64,000 nucleotides of DNA from Promethearchaeota archaeon (GCA_019894975.1 JAGXNO010000006.1:1-64000); one strand, 5' to 3'. Positions 17,350-28,145 are shown, numbered from the stretch's first letter. Program-made: numbers and translations. The notes: generated from the sequence alone by a model not told the origin.

Positions 17350-20300
17350 TTATTTCTTCTTTTTTTTCTCAGCTTCTTTAATCATTCGTTTTAAGTTATC
17401 CACTTCTTCTCTTTCTTTAGCTTGTTGTAATTTTTCTTGAAAATCTTGTTTTTCTGATTCTTTTGAGCTTAATTCTTTAATAAGCTCTTCTTTTATTTCT
17501 ATCATGCCCCCCATTATTCGTCTAAATTCCTTTGCTTCATGTTTAATCTCATCCTTTTTTTGGAGTTCAGATACCTCTTGTTCTTTTCTTCTTTGTTCAA
17601 TTAAAATAATTACCTCATCGGCTAATCCACTCACTTCTCCAATTGTACCCTTTAATTGTTCATCCTCCTTTTCTCTACGATGCTTTTCTAATTCTCTTTG
17701 GTTATCGAGTTGTTCTTGAATAGTGTTAATTCTTGATTCCTCATTTTCAACCTTCTCTTCGAGGTTCTTAGTATTTTTTATTTCGGTCTCAATATATTTT
17801 ATTTCCTCCAGCCAACCAATTTCCTTAAAATTACTTATAGCTTTTTCAAAACTTTGAAAAGCCTTTTTAAAGTCATGATATGCAGCCCATTTTTTACCTT
17901 CATCGATTAATTTTAACCCTTCATCCTTAATTTCATCCATTCGTTGCCTGTTAATAACTAGCTCCCTATATTGTCTTTCTTGTTCTCTCCTTAGCTTTTC
18001 TTGCTCAAATCTTCTTGCTTTAACATCATCTTGGAAAATCTCATATTCCCTTTGTCTCTGAATTAATGCTTGTTCTTCTAACCGCTTCTTTTCTTGAAAA
18101 TTAATTTGTTCTTGCTGTAAATCTTTGATTAATGCGTTTAGATTATTTATTTCGGGCTCCCATCCAATATTTACGGCTAAAAGATTCCTGGCTTGATTAT
18201 ATAACGAAATAGCTTTATTATAGTCGGGATTTAATTGTTTCAAATATCTTCCTGCTTCTTCTAACATCGAATAAGCGGATTCTCGTATACTTGTTTGTTC
18301 TTGAATGGCTTTTTCTCTTTCTTGAAGGGCTAGTTGTTGGGCTTTTTTCTTTTCCCTCTCTTGTCTTTGTCTTTCTTCAATTAACAATTGTAAATCTTTT
18401 TCTTCTTGGATTTTTTCTAGCTCCCTTTGAAAATGCAATTCATGCATTTCTTCCTTTTGTTTCATTAAATGAGTTACTTTTGTTTTCATACTTCTTATTG
18501 AATCTGTTGGAAAATGCAATTCATTTAAAATTAATTCTGCTTTTCTATAATTTTCTATAGCCTTGGCATATTCAAGATTTTTTAAAAATTCCTCCGCTTT
18601 ATCTAATATCTTGAATGCATCTCGTTTCCTTATTTCAAGATTAGCTTTTAATTTTTCTATTTCTTCAAGCTGAACTTCCTTTGTTTGTAAACTTTCTGTT
18701 TCTCTTCTTAATTCTTCTGCAATGTTTTGTTGGAATTTCCATTCTTCCCTCTCTTTTTGTACTTTATTTTCTAACTCTTTCTGCATTTTTAATTCATGCT
18801 GTCTTTTCCTTTCTTGAACATTTTGAATCATCTCTCGAAGACTTTCAGTTGGAAAAGCTATTTCATTTAAAATAATTTCAGCAGAGCGATAACTTTCAAG
18901 TGATTTATCATATTGAGCTTGATTCATATATAACCCAGCCTTTTCAAGAAGGTCAAAAGCTTCATCTTTTCTTCTCTCCATGTATTCATAATACTTTCTT
19001 CGGTTTTCGAATTCTTTCTGTTTAGTTTTGGTCTTCAACTCATCTATTTGTATGCTCTCAACAATTTTTCTTTGGAACTGTAGTTCTCCCCGTTCATTCT
19101 GTAATTTATTCTCTAACTCTTTCTGTTGTGCTATAATTTCTTCTTTTCGTTTTTCTTGTATTTTACCTATCATTTCTTTAACTGCTCCTGTTGGAAATCC
19201 GATTTCATATAAAATTAGCTCTGCTTGACGATAGGTCTCGATTGCTTGCTCATATTCCCCCTTATTCAATACTATTTCAGCATTTTCCATTAATTTAAAC
19301 GCATCTGTCTTTTTAGTACCAAATAATTTTATTAAATCCTCACGCTTGTGAATTCGGATGTCTTTCTCTGTTAATCTCTTCTTTTCAGTTTGTAGTGATT
19401 CAAAAACTTTCTTCTGAAATCTTTCCTCTTCTTCCTTTTGCTTAAGCATTAATTGCTGTTTCAAATTCTCATTTTCTTCTAATTTCTTCTTCCTCTCTTG
19501 GATCGTTCTAATTGTTTCATTCACTAAATTTAAATAAGGACCAGTCCACCCAATTTCGGTTAAAATTTTAGTAGCTTCATTATATTTACTTAGAGCATTC
19601 TCAAAATTATTTTGTTTAAGTAAGATTTCTCCATCCTCCATAAATTTAAATGCTTCTTGCTGTTTTTTTGAAATTTGGGATGTTATTTCTTTTTGTTTTT
19701 CTACTGATTGAAATTCTTTCACAGCCATTGATTTTTCTTTTTCTTTCTGAAGGTTTATTTGCTCTATAAAAGCGTAATTAGCTTTTTCTTCTTCTATTGC
19801 TTTTTCTAACTCTTTTTGTTGAATAATTACTTTTTCTCTTTTTCTTCTCAAGATATCATTTATAGCTTCTTGAATTATCGGGATCTCATCAATCCATTGT
19901 ATTTGAGCAAAAATATTAGCAATATCGTTATACAACTTGAGTGCGTCATCATATTTTCCTTGCGATAGGAGATCTTGAGCTTGGTCTAATATATTAAAAG
20001 CAAATTCCTTTCTTTCTTCACGGAATGCAATTTCTTCTTCCTTTTTTCTAAGTGTAATTTGTCTTTGCTTGAATTGCTCCCGTTGATTAGAAGTTTCAAT
20101 TGCAATCTGAGTTTGAAAAACTTTTTCGAGTTTTTCTTGTTTTAAAATCTCCTCCACTTCTCTTTGTTTATTTAATTCAGCTTCACGTTTTTTATCTTGA
20201 ACAATCCTGATTGAATTTTGAATTAATTTTATCTCATCATCCCAATGAATTTCTGTAAAAATACTTGATGCCTTCTGATACAATTCAATTGCTTTATCAA

Positions 20301-23300
20301 AATCATTTCTAGAGATACTTCTTTGTGCTTCTTCCAATAAATTAAATGCTTTCTTTTCTTTTTCTTCGAGGATTATCCTAATATCTTCCTGTTTTCTTAG
20401 CTTTGCTTGTTTTTCTCTCATTTTTTCTTGTTCATATTTTACTTTTTCAGAAATCAGTTGCTGAAACCTTAAATCCTCCTGTTCTTTTCTAAATCCTAAT
20501 TCCAATTCTTTTGATCTATTTATTTCTCTTTCTCTTCTTTTTTCTTGGATTTTTTGAATCATTTCTTTAATTAAATCAGTTGGATAGCCAATTTCATTTA
20601 AAATTAATTCTGCTTGTCTATAATTTTCTATTGATTTGTCGTAAAGCCCATGATTTAGTGAATTTTCTGCATTATCCATTATTTTAAAAGCCTCAGATTT
20701 ACGCGTTTCAGCAAAATTTATCATTTCTTCACGTTTTAGAATTTGTATTTGCTTTTCTTTAATCCTATTTTGTTCTGTTTTTAGATAATGCGAAATTTTA
20801 TTCTGAAATTGCTCTTCTTCTTTTTGAAGGGTTAGTTTTGATTCAAATTCAACTTGCTTTACCTTTTCCTCTTCTATCATTTTGTTTTGTATTGTAGAAA
20901 GTGTTTCACTCAGCAATTTTAAATAACCTGATCCCCAACCAATCTCTTTTAGAACATCTATTGCTTTTTGGTAATTTTTTATAGCTTCTTCATATCTATA
21001 GACTTGAACTAAGTTTTCTCCCCCCTCCATTAATTTAAAAGCTTCTTCTTGTTTAGCCAAATTCTGAGTCGATAATAATTTTTGCTCTTCTATCATTTCT
21101 ACATCTCTTAAAACCTCTTGTTTTTCTCTTTCTCTCTGATGCTTTATTTTTTCAATAAAAGTCTTATCATCAACTTCTTTTTTAATTGCTTTTTGTAATT
21201 GTTTTTGTTTAAGAATTAACTCATTCCTCCTCTTTTCCTCAATATCTTGGATTGCTCCTTTCAATAAGAGAATCTCATCCTTCCATTGAATTTGGGCAAA
21301 AATATTTAAAACTTCATAATATATCTCAAGTACGGAGTCGTAATCATTAAGAACTACTAATTTTTGTGCCTCCTCTAGCAACTCAAATGCCTCTTCCTTT
21401 TTCTTTTCTCGGTATGCGATTTCTTTTTCTTTTTCTCTAATTATTAACTCTTTTTTCTTTAGCTTCTCCTGGCGGGTCTTAATTTCAGAAGCTACTAGAT
21501 CTTGAAATCGTTTTTCTTGCTTCTCTCTTTCAAACACTGATTGTATTCTGATTTGTTCCTGTAGAGCAGCTTCTCTTTTTTTATTTTCGATTTCTATTAT
21601 AGAGCTCTGAATCAAATTAATTTCATTTTGCCATTGAGCCTCCGCAAAGAAATTTGTAGCATAATGAAGAATTTCAATAGCTTCATCAAAGTTTCCATTG
21701 TACATTTCACTTTGAGCTTCTTCAAGCAATTTAAATCCTGCTTCTCTTCTTTCTTCACGATATTTTAATTCTTCCTCACGGTCTTTTAAGGCAATATTCC
21801 GGGTTTTAATTTTCTCACGTTCTTGTTTTAAATAATGACTTATCTGTTTCTGGAATGTTTCTTCTTCTTTTTCTTTAGTTATCATTTCCTGCATTCTTTT
21901 TTGTTTCAGAAGATTCTGACTTCTTTGTAGCTCTTCAACTTTTAATACAGCATTTTCAATTAAAGGTATTTCGTCCTTCCATTGAATTTCTGCAAATAAA
22001 TTTGCAGTAGTTTGATAAGCCTGTAAAGCATTATTATAATCTCCTTGATTAATATATTTAATTGCAGAATCTAATGATTCAAAAGCCTCATTCTTTCGTT
22101 GTTCCAAATAAAAAATTTCTTTCTCTTTATCTTTTAAAACAATTTCTTTTTGCTTTAATTGTTTACGTTGCTTATCTAATTGAGTTGCTATTTGTTTTTG
22201 GAATTCGAGTTCTTCTTTTTCTCTATTTTCTAGTTTCTGTTGAATATCGTATGTTTTCTTAAGTTGGGAATTTTTAATTTTTTGTACATTTGAAATAGTA
22301 TTATTAATGTTAGAAGCATAGATTTCCCAACCAGACCCCAATTCCTTTATATAATTTAGAGCTTTTTCATATTCATTGATTGCTTCTTCGAATTTTCTTG
22401 ATTGTAAATTATTATCAGCTTGACTTAGTATCATAAAAAATTCTTTTTCCTTTTTAACCTTACTTTCTCTCTCTTCTTCAAACTGTCGTTTCCGAGTTTC
22501 TAACTCTAAATTTGTGTACTGAATTTCTTCTTTTTGCTTCTTATATATTGAATTTTGTAGAATAGTAAGATCTTTCTCCCTCTTTACTTTCAATTTTTCT
22601 GATTTTTCCTCTTCTTTGAGTTTTGTGTTTACATCTTCTATTAAATTTATAACCGGGCGAATATAAGAGTCCCATTCAATTGATTTAAATAATTCAACTG
22701 CAAGTTCAAAATGTTGTATTGCTTGATTATAATTTTTGTCTCTTTCAGATTTCTTTCCTAGATCTATTAATCTGAAAGCCCTTGCTTGAATTTCTTCTTC
22801 TCTTTTCTTCTTCTCTTCAAATTCAATTAATCTTTCTTTTTGCACTTCTGATTTATCTAGTACGGAATCTCTCTCAGTTCTGCTTAAAACATCCACACTA
22901 GCTTGTTTTTGTTGTAGTTGGAACTTTTCAAATTGATCCTTATCTCTCCTAAGCTTTTCAATGATGATTTTAATGTTTTGGGTTTGGTCATCCCAGCCTA
23001 TTGAATTTAATAACTCTATGGCCCTTTCATAATTCAATATTGCTTTATCAAATTTCCTTTCATTTTCAAATACTTTTGCTTTGTCGATATGAGAAAATGC
23101 GTGATTTTGAGTTTCTTCTTCCTGATTTTTCCTAGAACGATATCGAGCAATCGATTCAGCTTTTTCTTTAGTTGCAATTTCACCAAACATCCCAACAACT
23201 CCAGGTTTTTTATCATCCATTTTTTGAAGAAATTCTTCAGGAGGAGTTAATTCTTGTTGTTGTCGTTGAGAAATTGCTTGTTCTTTCTTTAAGGTATTAG

Positions 23301-23712
23301 AAAGATCTTTAATTTTTAATTTTAAGTTTTCTAACTGAGTTTCAGACCAGCCAGATTGATTTAATAAACTAATAGCAGACAAATATTGTTGAACAGCATC
23401 TTCAAAAAACCCATCAGACTCCAATTTTTTTGCTCCTTCTAATAGAGCAAATGCTTGCTCTTGAAGTTGCACAGATTGAGTCTTCATTTGAGTTTGTTCA
23501 TATAATTTCTCCTGTTTCAAGAAACCCTTTAATTCTTCTACTCTTTCATAAATCTCATCAATTCTATGCATCAAATATCCGCTTTGTTTGAGATATTCTG
23601 CAGCGATCTGGTAATTCGAAATTGCTTCTTCAGCATTTTTTTCTGCTTCAAACTTTTGTGCATTTTCTAAATATTTTAAAGCTTCTTGAGCTAAATCTTC
23701 TGGATTTTCCAT
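17350..23712 (-). CDS. Giant 2120-aa protein of 18 MIT/TPR-like helical repeats joined by E/K/Q/R-rich helices
   Basis: AFxLLExA..x(Y/F)DxAIExYxxAxxI(F/L)xEIxW recurs about every 115-120 aa. Confidence 0.85.
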   Translation of the reverse strand: MENPEDLAQEALKYLENAQKFEAEKNAEEAISNYQIAAEYLKQSGYLMHRIDEIYERVEELKGFLKQEKLYEQTQMKTQSVQLQEQAFALLEGAKKLESDGFFEDAVQQYLSAISLLNQSGWSETQLENLKLKIKDLSNTLKKEQAISQRQQQELTPPEEFLQKMDDKKPGVVGMFGEIATKEKAESIARYRSRKNQEEETQNHAFSHIDKAKVFENERKFDKAILNYERAIELLNSIGWDDQTQNIKIIIEKLRRDKDQFEKFQLQQKQASVDVLSRTERDSVLDKSEVQKERLIEFEEKKKREEEIQARAFRLIDLGKKSERDKNYNQAIQHFELAVELFKSIEWDSYIRPVINLIEDVNTKLKEEEKSEKLKVKREKDLTILQNSIYKKQKEEIQYTNLELETRKRQFEEERESKVKKEKEFFMILSQADNNLQSRKFEEAINEYEKALNYIKELGSGWEIYASNINNTISNVQKIKNSQLKKTYDIQQKLENREKEELEFQKQIATQLDKQRKQLKQKEIVLKDKEKEIFYLEQRKNEAFESLDSAIKYINQGDYNNALQAYQTTANLFAEIQWKDEIPLIENAVLKVEELQRSQNLLKQKRMQEMITKEKEEETFQKQISHYLKQEREKIKTRNIALKDREEELKYREERREAGFKLLEEAQSEMYNGNFDEAIEILHYATNFFAEAQWQNEINLIQSSIIEIENKKREAALQEQIRIQSVFEREKQEKRFQDLVASEIKTRQEKLKKKELIIREKEKEIAYREKKKEEAFELLEEAQKLVVLNDYDSVLEIYYEVLNIFAQIQWKDEILLLKGAIQDIEEKRRNELILKQKQLQKAIKKEVDDKTFIEKIKHQREREKQEVLRDVEMIEEQKLLSTQNLAKQEEAFKLMEGGENLVQVYRYEEAIKNYQKAIDVLKEIGWGSGYLKLLSETLSTIQNKMIEEEKVKQVEFESKLTLQKEEEQFQNKISHYLKTEQNRIKEKQIQILKREEMINFAETRKSEAFKIMDNAENSLNHGLYDKSIENYRQAELILNEIGYPTDLIKEMIQKIQEKRREREINRSKELELGFRKEQEDLRFQQLISEKVKYEQEKMREKQAKLRKQEDIRIILEEKEKKAFNLLEEAQRSISRNDFDKAIELYQKASSIFTEIHWDDEIKLIQNSIRIVQDKKREAELNKQREVEEILKQEKLEKVFQTQIAIETSNQREQFKQRQITLRKKEEEIAFREERKEFAFNILDQAQDLLSQGKYDDALKLYNDIANIFAQIQWIDEIPIIQEAINDILRRKREKVIIQQKELEKAIEEEKANYAFIEQINLQKEKEKSMAVKEFQSVEKQKEITSQISKKQQEAFKFMEDGEILLKQNNFENALSKYNEATKILTEIGWTGPYLNLVNETIRTIQERKKKLEENENLKQQLMLKQKEEEERFQKKVFESLQTEKKRLTEKDIRIHKREDLIKLFGTKKTDAFKLMENAEIVLNKGEYEQAIETYRQAELILYEIGFPTGAVKEMIGKIQEKRKEEIIAQQKELENKLQNERGELQFQRKIVESIQIDELKTKTKQKEFENRRKYYEYMERRKDEAFDLLEKAGLYMNQAQYDKSLESYRSAEIILNEIAFPTESLREMIQNVQERKRQHELKMQKELENKVQKEREEWKFQQNIAEELRRETESLQTKEVQLEEIEKLKANLEIRKRDAFKILDKAEEFLKNLEYAKAIENYRKAELILNELHFPTDSIRSMKTKVTHLMKQKEEMHELHFQRELEKIQEEKDLQLLIEERQRQEREKKKAQQLALQEREKAIQEQTSIRESAYSMLEEAGRYLKQLNPDYNKAISLYNQARNLLAVNIGWEPEINNLNALIKDLQQEQINFQEKKRLEEQALIQRQREYEIFQDDVKARRFEQEKLRREQERQYRELVINRQRMDEIKDEGLKLIDEGKKWAAYHDFKKAFQSFEKAISNFKEIGWLEEIKYIETEIKNTKNLEEKVENEESRINTIQEQLDNQRELEKHRREKEDEQLKGTIGEVSGLADEVIILIEQRRKEQEVSELQKKDEIKHEAKEFRRIMGGMIEIKEELIKELSSKESEKQDFQEKLQQAKEREEVDNLKRMIKEAEKKKKK

Positions 23713-23917
23713 TTTAATATAACTATTTAATCGTGATTTGAATTAAAAAATTACAATTCATTTTCTTACATTAAATTATCCCAACTAAGTAATTAAATTT
23801 TTTATATTGTTATACTTATTTTACCTTAAATACTGAATTGGTCAACTTTTGTTAAAATTATATGAAGATTGAACTCAGATTCTAAAAAAAAAAACATTAA
23901 ACTAACAAAAATAAACG

Positions 23918-25876
23918 ATGGATTTAAAAAATAAAAACATCATCATTAATTTTGAGCCAATTTCAAGAAGGATATTATTATCGAGTGATAAACCATTATA
24001 TGATATCCTTTCAGAAATAAGTGTTCCAATCAGATCTGTATGTGGTGGTTTAGGTACTTGTGGGAAATGTAAGTTATTAATTCAAAAAGGTAAGGAGTTT
24101 TTTATTCCCCCAACCAGCATTGAAAAAAAATCTATAGATCAGAGTGAATTAGAATACGGTTGGCGTTTAGCATGTCAAGCAAAAATAGATGCAATAAAAT
24201 GTAACCTTCTAGAAAAAACAGAATCGTTAAAAATTAGGATTTTTTTACCGAATGAATTACTATTAGAAGATTTTAAAATCCTCACTGGTGGTATGGGCAA
24301 GGGTGTAAAAAGGTTTCCTGCAATAAAGAAATATTATTTAAGTCTTGACAAACCTTCACTAGAAAATCCTCAAGCTGATTTTGAAAGAACTGTTGAGAAG
24401 TTAAAAAACTCTAGTAAGGATTTTAGTAATAATGCTCAATTTGACATTCATTTTGATTTATTAAAAGAATTACCAAATATCTTAAGAAATAATAAAAATA
24501 AGATAACTCTTGCAATACGGAATAATAAAACTATAATTGCATGCGAACCTGCTAACACAGTTGAAGATAATTTTGGAATCGCTTATGATATTGGAACAAC
24601 AACAATAGTAGGTTACTTAATAAACCTAAATAATGGAAAGATTTATGCTGTAGCATCTAATTTAAACAGTCAAACTGCTTATGGGGAAGACGTCATTACA
24701 AGAATAACTTTCATAAAAGATGATAAAGAAAACCTCAATGTCTTGAATTCTGCTGTTGTAAATGATCTAAATGATATTCTACTTAAATTATGCTCTAAAG
24801 CTAATGTTGATCCCTCTCGAGTGTATGAAGCCAGTATTGTGGGGAATTCTGTTATGCATCACATATTTTTGGGTTTAGATCCAACGAATATTGGTTTAAG
24901 TCCCTATGTTCCTGTAATTCAAAAAGGATTAGACATACCCAGTAAAAAATTGAATCTTAATATATCTAAGAACGGAGTTGCCTATATTGCTCCCGTTATA
25001 TCTGGATTTGTTGGAGCTGATACAATCGGAGTTATTCTTTCCTCAAAAATATATAATGAAAAAGATCTCACATTAGCAATTGATATTGGAACTAATGGTG
25101 AGATCATTATCGGAAACCGTAAGGTTCTAGCCGTTGGTTCATGCGCTGCTGGTTCTGCATTAGAGGGAGCTCATATCAGTAATGGGATGAGAGCTGCTGG
25201 GGGTGCAATCGATTCGCTAAAAATTAATCCTAAAACTCTTGATGTAACCTTCTCAACTATAATAGATAAAAAACCTATAGGTATATGTGGATCTGGTCTT
25301 GTAGATGCTGTAGCTGAGATGCTAAAATCTAAAATTCTCACGAGGAGTGGAAATTTTAATAAAGAACTTATTAACCATGAGAGAATAAAAAAAATTGGTA
25401 AAACTTATGAATTTGTTATAGCTAAAAAGGAAGAAACTTCCTTAGGAAAAGAGATCACTATAACTCAAAATGATATCAGACAAATTCAAATGGCAAAAGC
25501 AGCATTCTATTCTGGTACTCGACTTATATTGAAATCCTTGGGTAATAACAACCGTAAAATCAAACAGATATTTTTAGCTGGAGCCTTTGGGAATTATATA
25601 AATGCTAAAAACGCCAAATTTATTGGAATGATTCCGGATATTCCAGATGAAAAAATATATCAAATTGGTAATGCCGCGGGAATTGGTGCACAATATTGCT
25701 TATTAAATGTAAAATTAAGAAATAAAGCAGAACAATTGCTAAAGAAAACTAGCTATATTGAAATTGCAATTAAAAAAGAATTTCAAAAGGAATATGCTGA
25801 AGCCATGTATTTTCCTCATCTTAATCTTGACTATTTTCCTACATTGGTAGAATATAGAAATATTCGAAAAAGATAG
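23918..25876 (+). CDS. ATP-dependent corrinoid reductive activase (RACo/AcsV, ASKHA family) with N-terminal 2Fe-2S domain
   Basis: CGGLGTCGKC, RLACQ, DIGTTT, GEDVITRI, DIGTNGEI, GICGSG, LAGAFGNYI, GNAAG.GA. Confidence 0.9.
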   Translation: MDLKNKNIIINFEPISRRILLSSDKPLYDILSEISVPIRSVCGGLGTCGKCKLLIQKGKEFFIPPTSIEKKSIDQSELEYGWRLACQAKIDAIKCNLLEKTESLKIRIFLPNELLLEDFKILTGGMGKGVKRFPAIKKYYLSLDKPSLENPQADFERTVEKLKNSSKDFSNNAQFDIHFDLLKELPNILRNNKNKITLAIRNNKTIIACEPANTVEDNFGIAYDIGTTTIVGYLINLNNGKIYAVASNLNSQTAYGEDVITRITFIKDDKENLNVLNSAVVNDLNDILLKLCSKANVDPSRVYEASIVGNSVMHHIFLGLDPTNIGLSPYVPVIQKGLDIPSKKLNLNISKNGVAYIAPVISGFVGADTIGVILSSKIYNEKDLTLAIDIGTNGEIIIGNRKVLAVGSCAAGSALEGAHISNGMRAAGGAIDSLKINPKTLDVTFSTIIDKKPIGICGSGLVDAVAEMLKSKILTRSGNFNKELINHERIKKIGKTYEFVIAKKEETSLGKEITITQNDIRQIQMAKAAFYSGTRLILKSLGNNNRKIKQIFLAGAFGNYINAKNAKFIGMIPDIPDEKIYQIGNAAGIGAQYCLLNVKLRNKAEQLLKKTSYIEIAIKKEFQKEYAEAMYFPHLNLDYFPTLVEYRNIRKR

Positions 25877-26128
25877 GAGTATAATTTCAAAAAAAAAATT
25901 AATTTCTATTTTCTTTATGCCACAAGAATGTATAAATTAGGTTTAGAACTATAAAAATTCTGATAAGTATATGTAAAAATATTTAAATTCGGAATTTATT
26001 TTAATTTCAACTAAATCTATAGATAAAAGTAAATAAATTCTTAAATATCATTTACAATAATATTTTATATATATTATCATAAAAAATAATAAATAAAATT
26101 ATTAAAAAATCGACAGGAGTGAAGCTTT

Positions 26129-26656
26129 GTGTCAAGTTTTAAACTGAAAGTACTATTAACTGGCGCGGCTGCCGTGGGAAAAACCAGTCTCGTTCAGCGA
26201 TTTATACGTAACCGTTTCCAAGCAAACTACAAATTAACAGTAGGGGTTGATATCCTCACTAAAGATGTTGAATTTAGATCTGGTGAAATAGCAACGCTTT
26301 CTATATGGGATATTGGAGGACAGCAACGATTTGAATTTATACGGAGTACATTTTACAAAGGAGCAGCTGGGGCGCTCTTGGTGTTTGATTTAACGAGAGA
26401 ACAAACGTATACAGAGATCAGGAAATGGTTGACCGAAATACGTCAGTTTGCGGGAGAAAATATACCATTTGTGTTAATCGGTAATAAGGCAGATTTAGTG
26501 GAGGACGTTGGTGTAGTAATCGATAGAGATGAGGCTAGAGCATTTGCAGAAAATGAAGGGAGTATTTATATTGAATCTTCTGCTAAAACAGGAATAAATG
26601 TCGATGAAGCCTTTACAGAATTAACCCGTCGAATAATAGATTCAAGAATGCAGTAA
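26129..26656 (+). CDS. Rab-like small GTPase
   Basis: GAAAVGKT, TVGVD, WDIGGQQRF, FYKGA, LVFDLT, NKAD, SAKT; SD AGGAGTGA upstream; no C-terminal Cys motif. Confidence 0.93.
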   Translation: MSSFKLKVLLTGAAAVGKTSLVQRFIRNRFQANYKLTVGVDILTKDVEFRSGEIATLSIWDIGGQQRFEFIRSTFYKGAAGALLVFDLTREQTYTEIRKWLTEIRQFAGENIPFVLIGNKADLVEDVGVVIDRDEARAFAENEGSIYIESSAKTGINVDEAFTELTRRIIDSRMQ

Positions 26657-26735
26657 AATCTTAAGTTTTCTTTTTCCCTGTTTTTAATATTGCTATAAAT
26701 CTTAATTTTAAATCAAAATAAAATTAAATTAGTAT

Positions 26736-28145
26736 TCAAGATTCAAATTCTTCATATAAATCATCATGGATAATGTTGATTGCATCAAATAAATTTTCTT
26801 TATCAATAACGATTGATAAGTTTATCTCATTGTAACTTTGAGAAATTGCTTTAACTTTAATATTTTTTTTATCTAAGGCATTGAAAACTTCTGCTTTTGT
26901 TTTATTTTCAAGAATTTTTAATCCTGTTATATTAATAACAGCAACAGATTCCCATTTTATATTGAAAAAATCTGAAAAGAATTTTGAATGATTTAGGGCT
27001 TGAATTGCTTTTTCTGAATCCGTTGCATTAACTATAAATGATGTACTTATTTCAGAAGAACTTTGAGCTACGAAAGATACATTGATTTTATTTTTACTCA
27101 TAGTCTTAAATATTTTTGCTAACACTCCAGGAACATTAACTAAGCTTCCAGAAGTTACCGATACTATAGTAGCAAGTTCAACCGCTGAAATTCCTTTAAT
27201 CTGCTCTCTATTAGTTTCTTCTGAAATTTCAGTAAAATATTCATTTAATGGTTTATCAAAATTTCTAATTTCCAAAGGTATCTTATATTTCTCTATCGCT
27301 TCTAAACATTTTGGATGGAGTACTTTTGCTCCAAAATTGGCAATGTGTTTTGCTTCATCATAATCTAAATTTTTTATAAGAGAGGGCTCAGAGACATAGA
27401 TTGGATTTATCACTAATAATCCATCTACATCTTTCCATAAAATTACTTTGATATTTTTATCATTACCTGTGATATAAAGAGAATGAGCTAGAATTGTAGC
27501 AGTATAATCCGAGCCACCTCTTCCTAAAGTGGTAATATATCCAATTTTGTTTCTACCAATAAATCCTGTGACACAAATCATAATATCTTTTTTAGGATTC
27601 TCTAAAATAGGAAGGATTAATCTTTTAATTCGGAAATTGGTCAAATCATATAAAGGATACGCATTATTAAATTCATCAGTTGTTATCAATATCTTATTTG
27701 CGGGAATATAAACTGAATCTAACCCTTTACTTAAGAGATATTGATTGAAAATATATGTAGAAAGTATCTCTCCAAAACTAAGAACATAATCTCTATAATA
27801 TGGTTCTAATCCAAATTCCTTTATGTCTGCAAATGCATCATCTAACTCACTTAATTTTTCATCAATCCAATCTTTAGCTTTAATATAGTGCTCAGAGTCT
27901 TCTTCAAAAATTTGTTCAATTATATCTATATGCCTCTTTTCGATTAAAGAAATATTTTTATCCGTTATTGTAGCTTCTTCTAAGTTTAGAGCTGCCTTCA
28001 ATAGTAAATCCGTTATCCCGTTTAAAGCTGAAATAACAAATATCTTTTTTACATCCTTATAAATATCAATAATTCTCAATATTTTATTGAATGCGCTTTT
28101 ATCCGTTAGACAAGAACCTCCAAATTTCATAACTATAATAGTCAA
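26736..28145 (-). CDS. lysC: Aspartate kinase with ACT domains
   Basis: VMKFGGSCL, SFGEILS, TTLGRGGSDYTA, WKDVDG, GAKVLHP, SQSYNEINLSIVI. Confidence 0.92.
   Translation of the reverse strand: MTIIVMKFGGSCLTDKSAFNKILRIIDIYKDVKKIFVISALNGITDLLLKAALNLEEATITDKNISLIEKRHIDIIEQIFEEDSEHYIKAKDWIDEKLSELDDAFADIKEFGLEPYYRDYVLSFGEILSTYIFNQYLLSKGLDSVYIPANKILITTDEFNNAYPLYDLTNFRIKRLILPILENPKKDIMICVTGFIGRNKIGYITTLGRGGSDYTATILAHSLYITGNDKNIKVILWKDVDGLLVINPIYVSEPSLIKNLDYDEAKHIANFGAKVLHPKCLEAIEKYKIPLEIRNFDKPLNEYFTEISEETNREQIKGISAVELATIVSVTSGSLVNVPGVLAKIFKTMSKNKINVSFVAQSSSEISTSFIVNATDSEKAIQALNHSKFFSDFFNIKWESVAVINITGLKILENKTKAEVFNALDKKNIKVKAISQSYNEINLSIVIDKENLFDAINIIHDDLYEEFES

Noticed and set aside
17350-23712. 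SMC/Rad50 or myosin-like motor call for the giant coiled-coil protein
   Set aside because: No Walker A/B, signature, hinge or motor motifs; the sequence is a regular helical repeat.
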